Source: a virus | Reading direction: 5' to 3' (one strand) | DNA: 64,000 nucleotides | IMG/VR virus record: IMGVR_UViG_3300038505_000007 | Coordinates: 45,946 to 109,945 of that record | The notes under the pieces: model-generated | What the model was told of the DNA's origin: nothing | The model's input: the letters and a program-made list of their open reading frames with translations, nothing else | Databases searched by the model: none | Shown: piece after piece, positions 19,296-28,701 of the stretch | Layout of the letters: each line of letters begins with the position of its first letter | Position numbering within the stretch: position 1 is the stretch's first letter | Made by a program: the position numbers and the translations under genes

Positions 19296-20267
19296 TTATC
19301 CAAAAATAGACTCAACACTCCACTCAACTACTCCCTTAGAGTAGTCAGCGACTCTTCCAGCAAAGAAGTCCTGATAGTTCTCTCCGGCTGTTAAGTAGTC
19401 AAACCAATTAAGCCTAGATATAGCTTCTTTGTCTAGGTTTTTCCAGTTTGTCTTTAGACCTAGGTCGTGTAGTTTAGTATTTGCTCTGTGTTTTATATAC
19501 TCTTTTAAGTCTTTTGGATCAAGGTCTAGAACAGGTTTCCCATCTAGGAAAATTGAATCAATGTAGTCGATTTCAAGTTTTACTGCATCTCTAGCTGCTT
19601 GATATATCTTACTCTTAAGATCGTCATCTAGTACATCTGGATACTCTTTGACTAGCTGTCTAAAGAGCCAGCAGCCAGCAGCAGAGTGAAGAGACTCATC
19701 TCTAGCAGAGAAAGTAATAATCTCCCCTACGCCCTTCATCTTGTTGAACCTGCTGTAGTTAAGCAGTATGGCGAAAGAAGAGAACAACTGAACACCCTCT
19801 CCAAAGGCGCTAAAAACAGCTAAGCTGAGAGCGATGTCTCTCACAGAGTCGCCTTTTGTGTCGATCAACTTGTCAATCTTAGCTTTTCCTGCTGGATCCT
19901 TTAGGAAAGCAGCGAAGTCGTACAAGCCAAGAGACTCATTGAGATACGCGTAAGACTTAGTGTGTATAGTCTCCATGTTGCCAAAAGCCGCAGCCATCAT
20001 CTGTATCTCAGGCTTCTGGAACCACTTGTGAACCTTTCCTATCCAGTACTCGTTTCCTATGACGATCTCAGTCTGAGTGAAGCTCTTTAATATTCCACCT
20101 ATGACTCTCTTCTCTTCTTCTGATAGGACTTGCTGCCAATCATTGATATCTCTGGCCATAGAGATCTCACTGTGAAGCCAGTGAGCTTGCTGCTGCTGTA
20201 ACCAAAAATTGTAAGCTTCTTCATACTCAAAAGGATAATAGATAAGCCTGCTATCGAGTAGCGCCAC
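19296..20267 (-). CDS. nrdB: class Ia ribonucleotide reductase beta subunit
   Basis: ETIHTKSY, EGVQLFSSF and DESLH di-iron motifs; GTG start at 20267 with GGAGGG SD. Confidence 0.95.
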   Translation of the reverse strand: MALLDSRLIYYPFEYEEAYNFWLQQQQAHWLHSEISMARDINDWQQVLSEEEKRVIGGILKSFTQTEIVIGNEYWIGKVHKWFQKPEIQMMAAAFGNMETIHTKSYAYLNESLGLYDFAAFLKDPAGKAKIDKLIDTKGDSVRDIALSLAVFSAFGEGVQLFSSFAILLNYSRFNKMKGVGEIITFSARDESLHSAAGCWLFRQLVKEYPDVLDDDLKSKIYQAARDAVKLEIDYIDSIFLDGKPVLDLDPKDLKEYIKHRANTKLHDLGLKTNWKNLDKEAISRLNWFDYLTAGENYQDFFAGRVADYSKGVVEWSVESIFG

Positions 20268-20355
20268 AAGTACCCTCCGCAAAAATAGTAATATAGGCTT
20301 GTTATACAACGCATAACACAGAAATCTTAAACAAAAATCCGCACAAATAAATGCA

Positions 20356-20375
20356 CGGTATAATTTATTATAGCA
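20356..20375. promoter_or_regulatory. back-to-back divergent -10 boxes for thyX (+) and nrdBA (-)
   Basis: CGGTATAAT at 20356-20364 (+) and TGCTATAAT at 20375-20367 (-). Confidence 0.55.
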
Positions 20376-21088
20376 TGAACAGCAGCAAAAAACAAAATAC
20401 AGAAGAAAGACTATCAGAGGCCCTACTGTCAAAAAACAAAGTCGAGCTTATATCTATAACAGAAAATGCAGAAAAAATAATAACTTACTGCGCAAGAGTC
20501 TCTAATCCTAAAAATCAACTTAATTTTCAATCAGCAGAAAAACTGATAAAATACTTAATAACACACAAGCACTGGTCTCCTTTTGAGATGGCTAGTATGA
20601 CAGTTCAGATAAAAACATCTAGAGCCATATCGTCGCAAATACTACGACACAGAAGTTTTACTTTTCAAGAGTTCTCTCAGAGGTACGCGGCTCTCGACGA
20701 GAGCGGAGTAGAGATATACACTGCAAGAAGACAAGACGATAAGAATAGACAAAACTCCATAGATGACCTACCAGAAGACATTAAGCAAGAGTGGGAAAGG
20801 AGACAGCTAGAAAACTGGAAAAAATCTTTTGAGCACTATAAGTGGGCTATAGACAACAACATAGCGAAAGAGTGTGCAAGATTTGTGTTACCATTGGGTA
20901 CATCGACTACGATGTATATGTCCGGCACAATCAGATCATGGATACACTACATAGAGCTAAGATCAGCAAACGGCACTCAAAAAGAACACATGGATATAGC
21001 TCTAAAATGCAAAGATATCTTTAAGAGAGAGCTGCCCTTAATATATCAAGCACTGTGGGGAAAAGATGAGCAGGAACAAAAAGAGTAA
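20375..21088 (+). CDS. thyX: flavin-dependent thymidylate synthase
   Basis: HWSPFE, RHRSFTFQEFSQRY signature, ARFVLP, W.HYIELR. Confidence 0.95.
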   Translation: MNSSKKQNTEERLSEALLSKNKVELISITENAEKIITYCARVSNPKNQLNFQSAEKLIKYLITHKHWSPFEMASMTVQIKTSRAISSQILRHRSFTFQEFSQRYAALDESGVEIYTARRQDDKNRQNSIDDLPEDIKQEWERRQLENWKKSFEHYKWAIDNNIAKECARFVLPLGTSTTMYMSGTIRSWIHYIELRSANGTQKEHMDIALKCKDIFKRELPLIYQALWGKDEQEQKE

Positions 21089-21701
21089 GTTCTTGTTAGA
21101 AGAGCAAGACGCGACGCATAACGCAGCTGGCTATACAGAAGTTGTCTCAAATGGTTTTGAGATAAACGTGTGCGAGTTTGACTCAAACTCTGTTAATGAT
21201 ATTAGGAAGCAAATACTCAGCGCTGCGTCTTCTAACCCAATGAGACCTATTATCTTAGCCATCGATTCATACGGAGGCTCAGTCTATGGTGCCTTAAAGA
21301 TAATAGATACTATAAAAGAGATCCCAAACCCTGTCATCACGATGGCTATAGGTAAAGCCATGAGTGCTGGAGCGCTCCTGTTAACACAAGGCGATATCAG
21401 GATCGCGACACCAAACTCAAAAATCATGATACACGAAGTCATAGGTGGCTTCTTTGGATCAACGTCTGAGATGAACACAAACGCCAGCGAGCTAAACAAG
21501 ATAAACGACCAAATACTATCAATGATAGCTCACAAGACTTCTTTTAAGACACTAAAGAAGCTAAAAGACTGGATGAGAAAAAATGGCCCTGGAGACATAT
21601 TCATCTCTCCTAGAGAGGCCAAAAACTTAGGCATGATAGATGAGATAGGATGGCCTAAAGTTCAAGAGAAGATCGTCTATAGCATAGCCATTAAAAAATA
21701 A
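21066..21701 (+). CDS. ClpP-family protease (paralogue 1)
   Basis: IDSYGGSV, KAMSAG (catalytic Ser), IMIHE (His), DIFISPREA (Asp). Confidence 0.88.
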   Translation: MSRNKKSKFLLEEQDATHNAAGYTEVVSNGFEINVCEFDSNSVNDIRKQILSAASSNPMRPIILAIDSYGGSVYGALKIIDTIKEIPNPVITMAIGKAMSAGALLLTQGDIRIATPNSKIMIHEVIGGFFGSTSEMNTNASELNKINDQILSMIAHKTSFKTLKKLKDWMRKNGPGDIFISPREAKNLGMIDEIGWPKVQEKIVYSIAIKK

Positions 21702-21736
21702 CTTTTTATCCGCTCACTACTGATAAAATAATAATT

Positions 21737-22210
21737 GTGTCTAAGATAAAGAAAAAGATCAAAGAGTCTTTAGGTTTTAGCGGTCTTAGCAGAGAAGAAG
21801 AAGTAATTAGGGCCTACTATGTATTGAATAACAACGAACTAAAACAACAAATATGTAATCAAATCCAAGGTTTATCGTTCAAAGATATAGATAAAGTCAT
21901 GGAGGCTATCTTAAACAACTCCTCTATGACAGAGGAAGAGATTAAAGAGCTGTACGAGGCATACAAAGAAAAACTTGACTTAGAAATTAGCCAGCCTATA
22001 GCTCAACCAGCTCCCAAAAAGAAAGTTAAATATCGCAACCCCACCCAAGAAGAAGCACAAAGACTGCTTGAGGCGAGCAAAGTACCTAAAGTCGATAAAC
22101 CTATTAAAAACAATAATAATAAAAATTACATAAATCTATCAATAGAAGAAGCCAGCGCCTTAGTGAGCGAATATCTTGAATACTTAAAGTCAAAAAAACA
22201 AAAAGTATAA
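21737..22210 (+). CDS. hypothetical protein
   Basis: GTG start 7 nt after TGATAAAAT. Confidence 0.65.
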   Translation: MSKIKKKIKESLGFSGLSREEEVIRAYYVLNNNELKQQICNQIQGLSFKDIDKVMEAILNNSSMTEEEIKELYEAYKEKLDLEISQPIAQPAPKKKVKYRNPTQEEAQRLLEASKVPKVDKPIKNNNNKNYINLSIEEASALVSEYLEYLKSKKQKV

Positions 22211-22239
22211 GAATACATGTATCGCGTATTGGAGGAAAC

Positions 22240-23016
22240 ATGACACTAAGGCAAGCTTGTTTGTATTTTTTGTTTTTTGTCGCGTCAGCTGGAACCTTCA
22301 ACCCAGTCAATACCGCTCTTGCGGCTCCCTTTGTAAGAGTAGCAGTCATCGATACTGGTCTACCTATGGTGCCCATTGCCAACGATTATCTATGCCACAG
22401 CGGACACAAAGACTTCACGAACACTACCATCGCAGACCTGCAAGGCCACTCAACATCTGTGGCTTACTTGATTCACAAGTACTCCGAGCTTAACAAGAGC
22501 AAATACTGTCAGGTTCATATAAAGTTCTTTAACAAAGAAGGCGATAACACAGATACGCTCAGCTCGTCTGTGCGAGCCATAGAGCACGCTATAGAGTTAA
22601 AAGTAGACATAATCAACTACTCAGGTGGAGGAAAAACATTCTCTCAAGAAGAGAAGATAGCCGTAAAGAAGGCTCTCAATGCTGGGATCATATTTGTCGC
22701 CTCGGCTGGAAACGATGGTGTTGATTTAGACCGTTTTAAGTACTACCCTGCCACACTAGATGAGCGAGTTATAGTTGTTGGCGCTCACAATAAACAGCAT
22801 CAAAAATTAAATTCATCTAACTTCTCTGACACGATTGTTGACCTATGGGAGGTAGGAGTCTTCTACGAAGATTTTGGTACTGGAGAGAAAAAGATGTTCT
22901 CTGGCACATCAGCTGCAACCGCAGTGGCTACCGGTAAAATAATTAAAAACTTATTCAATATAAGGAGCCATTATGAGAGCAACGATAGAGTTCAATTTGC
23001 CAGAGGAGAAAGATGA
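22240..23016 (+). CDS. secreted subtilisin-like (S8) serine protease
   Basis: Signal peptide; VAVIDTG, GHSTSVA, SAGNDG, SGTSAAT. Confidence 0.9.
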   Translation: MTLRQACLYFLFFVASAGTFNPVNTALAAPFVRVAVIDTGLPMVPIANDYLCHSGHKDFTNTTIADLQGHSTSVAYLIHKYSELNKSKYCQVHIKFFNKEGDNTDTLSSSVRAIEHAIELKVDIINYSGGGKTFSQEEKIAVKKALNAGIIFVASAGNDGVDLDRFKYYPATLDERVIVVGAHNKQHQKLNSSNFSDTIVDLWEVGVFYEDFGTGEKKMFSGTSAATAVATGKIIKNLFNIRSHYESNDRVQFARGER

Positions 23017-23218
23017 GTACAAGATGGCAATTTTAGGAGCAAAATTTAAGTCAGCCTTGGAAGATATAGAGTATGATATTTTTAGACCACCGTTGAAACA
23101 CGGTTTTGACGACAGAGAGCTGCAAGATCTTTACGAGAAGCACTCCCACGTAAGGAAGTATCACGAGCTTCTCGCAAAGCGGTTTTATAATATAATCTCT
23201 GAGGTAGAGCAACTATGA
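22973..23218 (+). CDS. hypothetical phage protein
   Basis: AAGGAG SD; MRATIEFNLPEE start resembles a recurrent phage family. Confidence 0.7.
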   Translation: MRATIEFNLPEEKDEYKMAILGAKFKSALEDIEYDIFRPPLKHGFDDRELQDLYEKHSHVRKYHELLAKRFYNIISEVEQL

Positions 23219-23517
23219 CCACGATGTCTCAAAAGCAAAGACACGAGCTGTCTGCTTTAAAAAAGCTACTAGAAAACTCCAGCCTACTAGATAAGCTTAT
23301 TCCATTCTTGATAGAAGAAAAGATTATCACTAAAAAAGACGTACCACTTTTAACGCAGCAAAACACAGCAAGCAACTTATACGAGCTTCTCAATAAGTCT
23401 TTAAAAGAAGAGACTCTACAGATGGTAGAGTACACATGGCAAATACTTCCAGTAGAGCAATGTAAGATAGTAATAATAGGTAAAAAAGATAAAATTGAGT
23501 GCTCTATTAACTTTTAA
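23215..23517 (+). CDS. hypothetical protein
   Basis: ATGA overlap with previous gene. Confidence 0.6.
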   Translation: MTTMSQKQRHELSALKKLLENSSLLDKLIPFLIEEKIITKKDVPLLTQQNTASNLYELLNKSLKEETLQMVEYTWQILPVEQCKIVIIGKKDKIECSINF

Positions 23518-24304
23518 CTTCTTCGCTGCTAGGTTCTTTGTTTTCTAACTCGGCCTGTTTTTCAGGCGGCACCTGCTCAAGTGTTTCTAAGTCTTCTTCT
23601 GGATAGACCTCAGGTAGGTTAACGCTTATGTTAACTGTGCTCTTCTTGTTGACTCGCTTGTATATGTTCATGATAAGCTTTTTTAATTGCTTTGATTCTA
23701 TCTTTGAGTTCAACACAGAAGACCTCACTCTCCTGAACTTACCTCTATTTTTAGGCTCTATTATCTTATCTGCTAATCCTAAAGTGATAGCTTCTTCTGC
23801 TGTTAAGTAGACATCGCGCTGCCCCACGTCTTCCCAAAAAGACTTAGGCAGCCTAGAGTTCTTTGCATATATGTCGTAGATTAAGTTTCTCACCCTCTTG
23901 TCTTCTGTGGCATTTATCTGGCTATCTGTGTGCGAGCCGTCAAAAAAAGTAGAACCATCATGTATCATCACTGTTGTGTTCTTGTGTAGATACCTCTCAT
24001 CGCACCCAGCCATTATACAGCTGGCAGCGCTCATTATGGCTCCTCCGCCATAGAACTTAACTTGACAAGGACAAGCTTGAATCTCGTCGTAAAGCCTAAG
24101 CATTGAGTAAACATCTCCGCCATACGAGAACATGTGTATCTCTATGGGCTTGGAGTTTGATTCTGCTACCATAGCGTGTATAGCTCTGATAGCATACTCA
24201 ACAGTCATTGGGTTAAACTCAGAAGACGTCTCTGAGTCAAAAGAAGAGAGGACCCCACCAAAGTATATTCTTCTGTTTTTTAGGTCAACTCCATTCTCTA
24301 TCAT
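23507..24304 (-). CDS. ClpP-family protease (paralogue 2) with acidic C-terminal extension
   Basis: FSYGGDV, AIMSAA, VMIHD, RDVYLTAEEA. Confidence 0.88.
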   Translation of the reverse strand: MIENGVDLKNRRIYFGGVLSSFDSETSSEFNPMTVEYAIRAIHAMVAESNSKPIEIHMFSYGGDVYSMLRLYDEIQACPCQVKFYGGGAIMSAASCIMAGCDERYLHKNTTVMIHDGSTFFDGSHTDSQINATEDKRVRNLIYDIYAKNSRLPKSFWEDVGQRDVYLTAEEAITLGLADKIIEPKNRGKFRRVRSSVLNSKIESKQLKKLIMNIYKRVNKKSTVNISVNLPEVYPEEDLETLEQVPPEKQAELENKEPSSEEVKS

Positions 24305-24397
24305 AGAGCACCAAACCTAGTATAGTATTATACCTATAGCCGCTCTTTCTGAAAATATACGTATACTACGGATAAAAATAAAATAGGTATAGGTCTT

Positions 24398-25309
24398 ATG
24401 ATTAAGAAGCCAATGCTAGCATCAGCACTTTCTTTAGAAGATAAAGATGAGGCCTCATTGCTGAGGTTTCCTATGTTTGCCTCTATAAAGCTAGACGGCA
24501 TAAGAGCCATAACTAGAGACGGAAAGCTCCTCTCTAGAACATTAAAAGAGATACCTAACGAGGCTATACAAGATAAGTGCAGTAGTCTACCTAACGGCCT
24601 AGATGGAGAGATAATCATAGAGGGAAAAAGCTTTAGTGACATTACCTCTATAGTGATGTCAATTAAAGAAAAAGAAATACATGGTTTTAAGTTCTACATA
24701 TTTGACTATGTAAAAGAATCACCCAATAAGCCGTACTCAGAGAGACTACAAGACTTACTAGAGCTAAAAAGCAAAGGCCAACTACCAGAAGATATATGTA
24801 TTATTTTAGATCAGCACGTGATGAGCTCTATAGAGGATATAAGACTCTTTGAAAGCAAGGCTGCAGATGAAGGCCACGAGGGCATAATGCTAAGAAGAGC
24901 AGACTCGCCTTATAAATATGGAAGATCGACTCTAAAAGAGAGCTACTTGTTAAAGGTAAAAAGATTCGACTACAGCGAAGCAGTCATCCTAGATATAGAG
25001 GAGATGATGAACAACTTTAACCCACCAGAGTTAGATCTACTTGGAAACACTAAGAGGTCTTCTAGTAAATCCGGCCTTGTTCCAGCTAACATCATGGGAG
25101 CCCTAGTTGTAAAGGACATCAAGAGCGGGGTTATTTTTAGGATTGGGTCAGGCTTTGATAAGGAGATGAGAGACAAGATATGGGGCAATAAGCAGACTTA
25201 TATTGGGAAGACACTGAGATACCACTTCCAGTCCGTGGGGGTAAAGAGCTCACCAAGAATACCTGTTTTCTCTGGTTTTCGAGACGAGAGGGACATGGGC
25301 GACCCCTAG
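24398..25309 (+). CDS. minimal ATP-dependent DNA ligase
   Basis: KLDGIR (motif I), LDGEI, FYIFD, EGIMLR, LLKVK, C-terminal OB fold. Confidence 0.93.
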   Translation: MIKKPMLASALSLEDKDEASLLRFPMFASIKLDGIRAITRDGKLLSRTLKEIPNEAIQDKCSSLPNGLDGEIIIEGKSFSDITSIVMSIKEKEIHGFKFYIFDYVKESPNKPYSERLQDLLELKSKGQLPEDICIILDQHVMSSIEDIRLFESKAADEGHEGIMLRRADSPYKYGRSTLKESYLLKVKRFDYSEAVILDIEEMMNNFNPPELDLLGNTKRSSSKSGLVPANIMGALVVKDIKSGVIFRIGSGFDKEMRDKIWGNKQTYIGKTLRYHFQSVGVKSSPRIPVFSGFRDERDMGDP

Positions 25310-25349
25310 AATGAGGTCGTCGCAGGAGGAGCTATGGTATAATTGACAT

Positions 25350-25985
25350 ATGATAGAAGTTAAAGTATTAGAGATCCCTGAGACACTTGAGAAGAAGTGC
25401 CCTAGATGCGGCAAGCCCAGCGCTAATCCTAAAAACCCAAAAGGTCGATGCAAAGAGTGTCTAGCTGAGCTAAGAAGAGCAAAGAAGACACCTGGACACT
25501 ACATAAGAGCTCATACTAAAGCAGATGACGCACTTAGAAGACAAGACGGCAAGAACGGCACAGCTAGCAAGAAGACCAAAGGCAGAGGCACAAGAAAAGA
25601 GATAGTAGACAAGATACAGAGAGAAGAAAAGAAGACCGGCCAACTGTTGAGCCCAGATAGGATAGATAACTCTAAGGGATATGAGTCATCAAACGTGCGA
25701 GCCGTACCAGAAGAGCTCAACAGGGGGCGCCATAAGGTAGACGAAAAGAAACTCAAAGAGTGGAGAGAGAAGATAAAGAAGTACGACCTCACGCCTGAGC
25801 AGATGTACACCATGATGAAGCGTCTCGCAATCGAGGCAAATGATAACGGTGAAACCGAGAGACTAGTTAAGAGTGTTGGTTTAGAGTTTTTAAATTTCTT
25901 GTTTTCCAGCACAGAGGTTTTAGATAATGAGATCGCTACTGATAGACAGTGGGATGAGAATAAGAACAAAAGCGGAGATAGATGA
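25350..25985 (+). CDS. Zn-finger plus degenerate His-Me-finger (HNH-like) protein
   Basis: CPRC...CKEC and SPDRIDNSKGYESSNVRAV...N motif. Confidence 0.6.
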   Translation: MIEVKVLEIPETLEKKCPRCGKPSANPKNPKGRCKECLAELRRAKKTPGHYIRAHTKADDALRRQDGKNGTASKKTKGRGTRKEIVDKIQREEKKTGQLLSPDRIDNSKGYESSNVRAVPEELNRGRHKVDEKKLKEWREKIKKYDLTPEQMYTMMKRLAIEANDNGETERLVKSVGLEFLNFLFSSTEVLDNEIATDRQWDENKNKSGDR

Positions 25986-26559
25986 CCTTCTTGTTTTTGG
26001 CTTACACGTATCTTCTATAGATTTTTCTAATATGGGGGACATACATGTCCCTTTTAGCTTGATCCTAGGAGGCTTATACTCTGAAGGCTCAGACATAAAC
26101 AAAAGCACTTTGTCTCTTTCTAAGACAGACATAATAAAAGCCTTATTAGATAAGGAGCCAATAAGCACTCACCAAAAGATTCACGCGGCTCTATACCTAG
26201 AGTACTCGTACTCCCTAGAAGAGTATTTTGCTAAAAAAGCCATGAACAATGCAGAGTCTTTAGATAAATCTTATCTTCCCCTGATAAGGACAAGAAAACA
26301 CGAAGAGGACTTTCTGGTAAAGAATATAAAAAATATATACCATACATGCAACATGTTCAATGTAAGTATATATAACCCTATGTATACTTCTATAAAGGCA
26401 ATCGAGACAATACTCTATCAAGATGATATTTATACTGCTATAGAGCAATACAAAAACTATGATGAAAAAATTGCGCTTAAACTTGATGAACTACACAAAC
26501 AAGGCGGAAAAGTAAAAGATCTACAAGAGCTTGTTTCTCTATGCAATTTAATGGAATAG
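25927..26559 (+). CDS. hypothetical protein (start uncertain)
   Basis: Long ORF. Confidence 0.6.
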   Translation: MRSLLIDSGMRIRTKAEIDDLLVFGLHVSSIDFSNMGDIHVPFSLILGGLYSEGSDINKSTLSLSKTDIIKALLDKEPISTHQKIHAALYLEYSYSLEEYFAKKAMNNAESLDKSYLPLIRTRKHEEDFLVKNIKNIYHTCNMFNVSIYNPMYTSIKAIETILYQDDIYTAIEQYKNYDEKIALKLDELHKQGGKVKDLQELVSLCNLME

Positions 26560-27074
26560 ATATAATCAACTATATTAACTTATATATAGAAGAGGTAGAG
26601 AAAAACCTATATGTCTCTATCAGAGGCTCTTTAAACCGAATAATTGTTCAAATAGACGTAGAAAACAGCAAGATCAGAACACCTCAGCAGTTTGAAAGAG
26701 TGTTTCCAACAACATTCTTAGAGACGTTAAACAAGCACATAAGATCGTCTATGTTCTCATACTTAGAGTCAAAATTAATAATAAACAACTCAGAAGTCAG
26801 AAAAGTTCTATTTTTTGACGAAAACAGCAGGACAATAAAGATAAGAAAGCAAGACCTAGTAGCAGATATAATAAAAAAAGTATGTCTCAATATGATCAAT
26901 ACTGCTATAAATAACACAGACGACAAGGATGTAATTAGCTGGCTTGTCAATAAAAAGCAGCTAATCAACTATGAAAATCAAAAAACAAAAAAGCAAAATG
27001 ATTTCATAAACAACTGCGCTGACTTAATAATTTATATTAGTAAAAATATATTACACACAGATGAGTCTGTGTAA
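26541..27074 (+). CDS. hypothetical protein
   Basis: Long ORF overlapping previous stop. Confidence 0.6.
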   Translation: MQFNGIDIINYINLYIEEVEKNLYVSIRGSLNRIIVQIDVENSKIRTPQQFERVFPTTFLETLNKHIRSSMFSYLESKLIINNSEVRKVLFFDENSRTIKIRKQDLVADIIKKVCLNMINTAINNTDDKDVISWLVNKKQLINYENQKTKKQNDFINNCADLIIYISKNILHTDESV

Positions 27075-27082
27075 TATCCAAC

Positions 27083-27364
27083 ATGGAGGCAGAGGTGCAC
27101 AGCTTTAACAAGAAGCCTAACGCAAGGAACTTAAACAAGAAAACTGTATCTTTTTCGCAAGAAGAGTACAACTATATCTTATCCAACCCAGAGAAATTTG
27201 ATACGTTCATCATTAACTTAAAAGACGAACTAGGATTAACTGTTGACTCATACGTAATAGAAAGAGAAAAGATGCTGCACTCTGTTGTACGCAAGAACGG
27301 CGAAGAAGGGCAGTTTTTTGTAGTAGACTTAAAACTCTTTAAGACCACAAAGGAATATCAATAA
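27083..27364 (+). CDS. hypothetical protein
   Basis: ORF in operon context. Confidence 0.6.
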   Translation: MEAEVHSFNKKPNARNLNKKTVSFSQEEYNYILSNPEKFDTFIINLKDELGLTVDSYVIEREKMLHSVVRKNGEEGQFFVVDLKLFKTTKEYQ

Positions 27365-27540
27365 TGAAAGCAACAGGCTCATCGCTTGTAAAAGTAAAAA
27401 CCGTTAAGTCTAAAGAAAAAAGTGTCGACGTTTATATGGACGTCGACACTATGAAGATGTATCTACTAGTAAACAATGACTTTATCAGTGTCTCTCAGGA
27501 AGAGCTTAAGAAGCTAGAAGAAAGCGCTACTCGATCTTGA
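27364..27540 (+). CDS. small hypothetical protein (58 aa, not in ORF track)
   Basis: TAATG overlap; MKATGSSLVKVK...EESATRS. Confidence 0.55.
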   Translation: MKATGSSLVKVKTVKSKEKSVDVYMDVDTMKMYLLVNNDFISVSQEELKKLEESATRS

Positions 27541-27787
27541 TAAGGCGCCTGTACTCTTTTAGAGGAAACTCAATACACAGAACGCCGTCTTCTAGTTTTG
27601 CAGTGGCTTTTTCAGTGTCTAGTTTTTCTTGTAGATGTATCTTAGTAGAATACTCAGTGTTGTCTCTATGTTTTTTGGCTGTTATATGTATATAAGATTG
27701 ATGGGCCTCCAACTTGATGTCCTCTTTCTTAACACCCGGAAGGTCTATCTCGTATTTAACTTTATTTTCGCTGAGCGACTTTTTCAT
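27527..27787 (-). CDS. small heat-shock protein (Hsp20, alpha-crystallin domain only)
   Basis: IDLPGVKKEDIKL...ITAKK...AKLEDGVLCIEFP; GGAG SD before ATG 27787. Confidence 0.85.
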   Translation of the reverse strand: MKKSLSENKVKYEIDLPGVKKEDIKLEAHQSYIHITAKKHRDNTEYSTKIHLQEKLDTEKATAKLEDGVLCIEFPLKEYRRLIKIE

Positions 27788-27966
27788 GTTTAGCTTATCT
27801 CCGCTGTATAGAGGGTAGTAAAAGTATGAATCTACTAAATAGAGCATACGTTCCTCCTTTGTTTAAGCCGTGTAAATACAATATAGTGCCTTTTTTAAGA
27901 AAGTAAAGCCGACTTAACATAAAACTATTTACTATTTTCCGAAAATATATTAACGTGGAGGTAAAA

Positions 27967-28161
27967 ATGTCTAGAAAAAAACAGCAAGAAACCAAACCAC
28001 AGCAGTTAAAAACTGATCAAAACAGGCCCAAAAGCGAGTTTAGCCTAAACGTGACTACAAGCGTTTCTCCGTCCCCGAGCGGCAAAAAGCTACAGGTAAA
28101 AATACAGCTATTAAAAAACGGAGAAGTCGTAGCAGAAGACTATGACTTCGTAATCATCTAA
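27967..28161 (+). CDS. hypothetical protein
   Basis: GGAGGT SD. Confidence 0.65.
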   Translation: MSRKKQQETKPQQLKTDQNRPKSEFSLNVTTSVSPSPSGKKLQVKIQLLKNGEVVAEDYDFVII

Positions 28162-28184
28162 TCCTGAAAATAATGGGAGATATT

Positions 28185-28574
28185 ATGAAAAACAACAATA
28201 GAGTATTAACAAACGAAGACGTGCTAAAGTACACTTCAATGGTAGAAAAATACATCAGGGACTCTGTAGTTAAGAACTGGAATGAGGCCTTCTATTATAG
28301 GAGCAATCCTAATGTGTCTTTGGGCAATTCCGGCTACACCATAACAGATATAAGGCAATACCTATACACAGAGGTATGCGTGGCTCTGCGTAACTACAAC
28401 CCAAACTATGTAACTAAGGAAGGCAAGAGCGTCCAAGAGTCTACTTTTGTTTATTTGCACCTGTATAACAGGATAGGGCAATTAATGAAGAGGCTTACAA
28501 AAAAGAGCTACGGGTATGGTGTTAAACACCTCAACTTAGAAGAGTACCTAAGAGAGGTAGACACAGATAGCTAA
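28185..28574 (+). CDS. sigma-70 region-2-like protein lacking region 4
   Basis: Y..MVEKY...DIRQYLYTEVCVALRNYNP...STFVYLHLYNRIGQLMKR follows the region 2.1-2.4 pattern. Confidence 0.55.
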   Translation: MKNNNRVLTNEDVLKYTSMVEKYIRDSVVKNWNEAFYYRSNPNVSLGNSGYTITDIRQYLYTEVCVALRNYNPNYVTKEGKSVQESTFVYLHLYNRIGQLMKRLTKKSYGYGVKHLNLEEYLREVDTDS

Positions 28575-28701
28575 TAGGAGACACAACATGGAAGCTTTTC
28601 TCTTAGAAAATAGCCTAGATGCCACTAAACCAGAAGAATCCGCAACGAACTAAGTAAAGTATAATACAGTGAGCAAAACCAACAAATAGGAGCAGCAAGT
28701 A

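Noticed and set aside
27421-27450. Perfect 11-bp inverted repeat AGTGTCGACGT/ACGTCGACACT
   Set aside because: Lies inside a small CDS and is explained by self-complementary GTC-GAC codons (VDV..DVD); no U-tract.
28589-28654. 21-aa ORF with good SD after the sigma-2-like gene as a lost sigma region 3/4
   Set aside because: Too short and no HTH similarity; cannot be supported.
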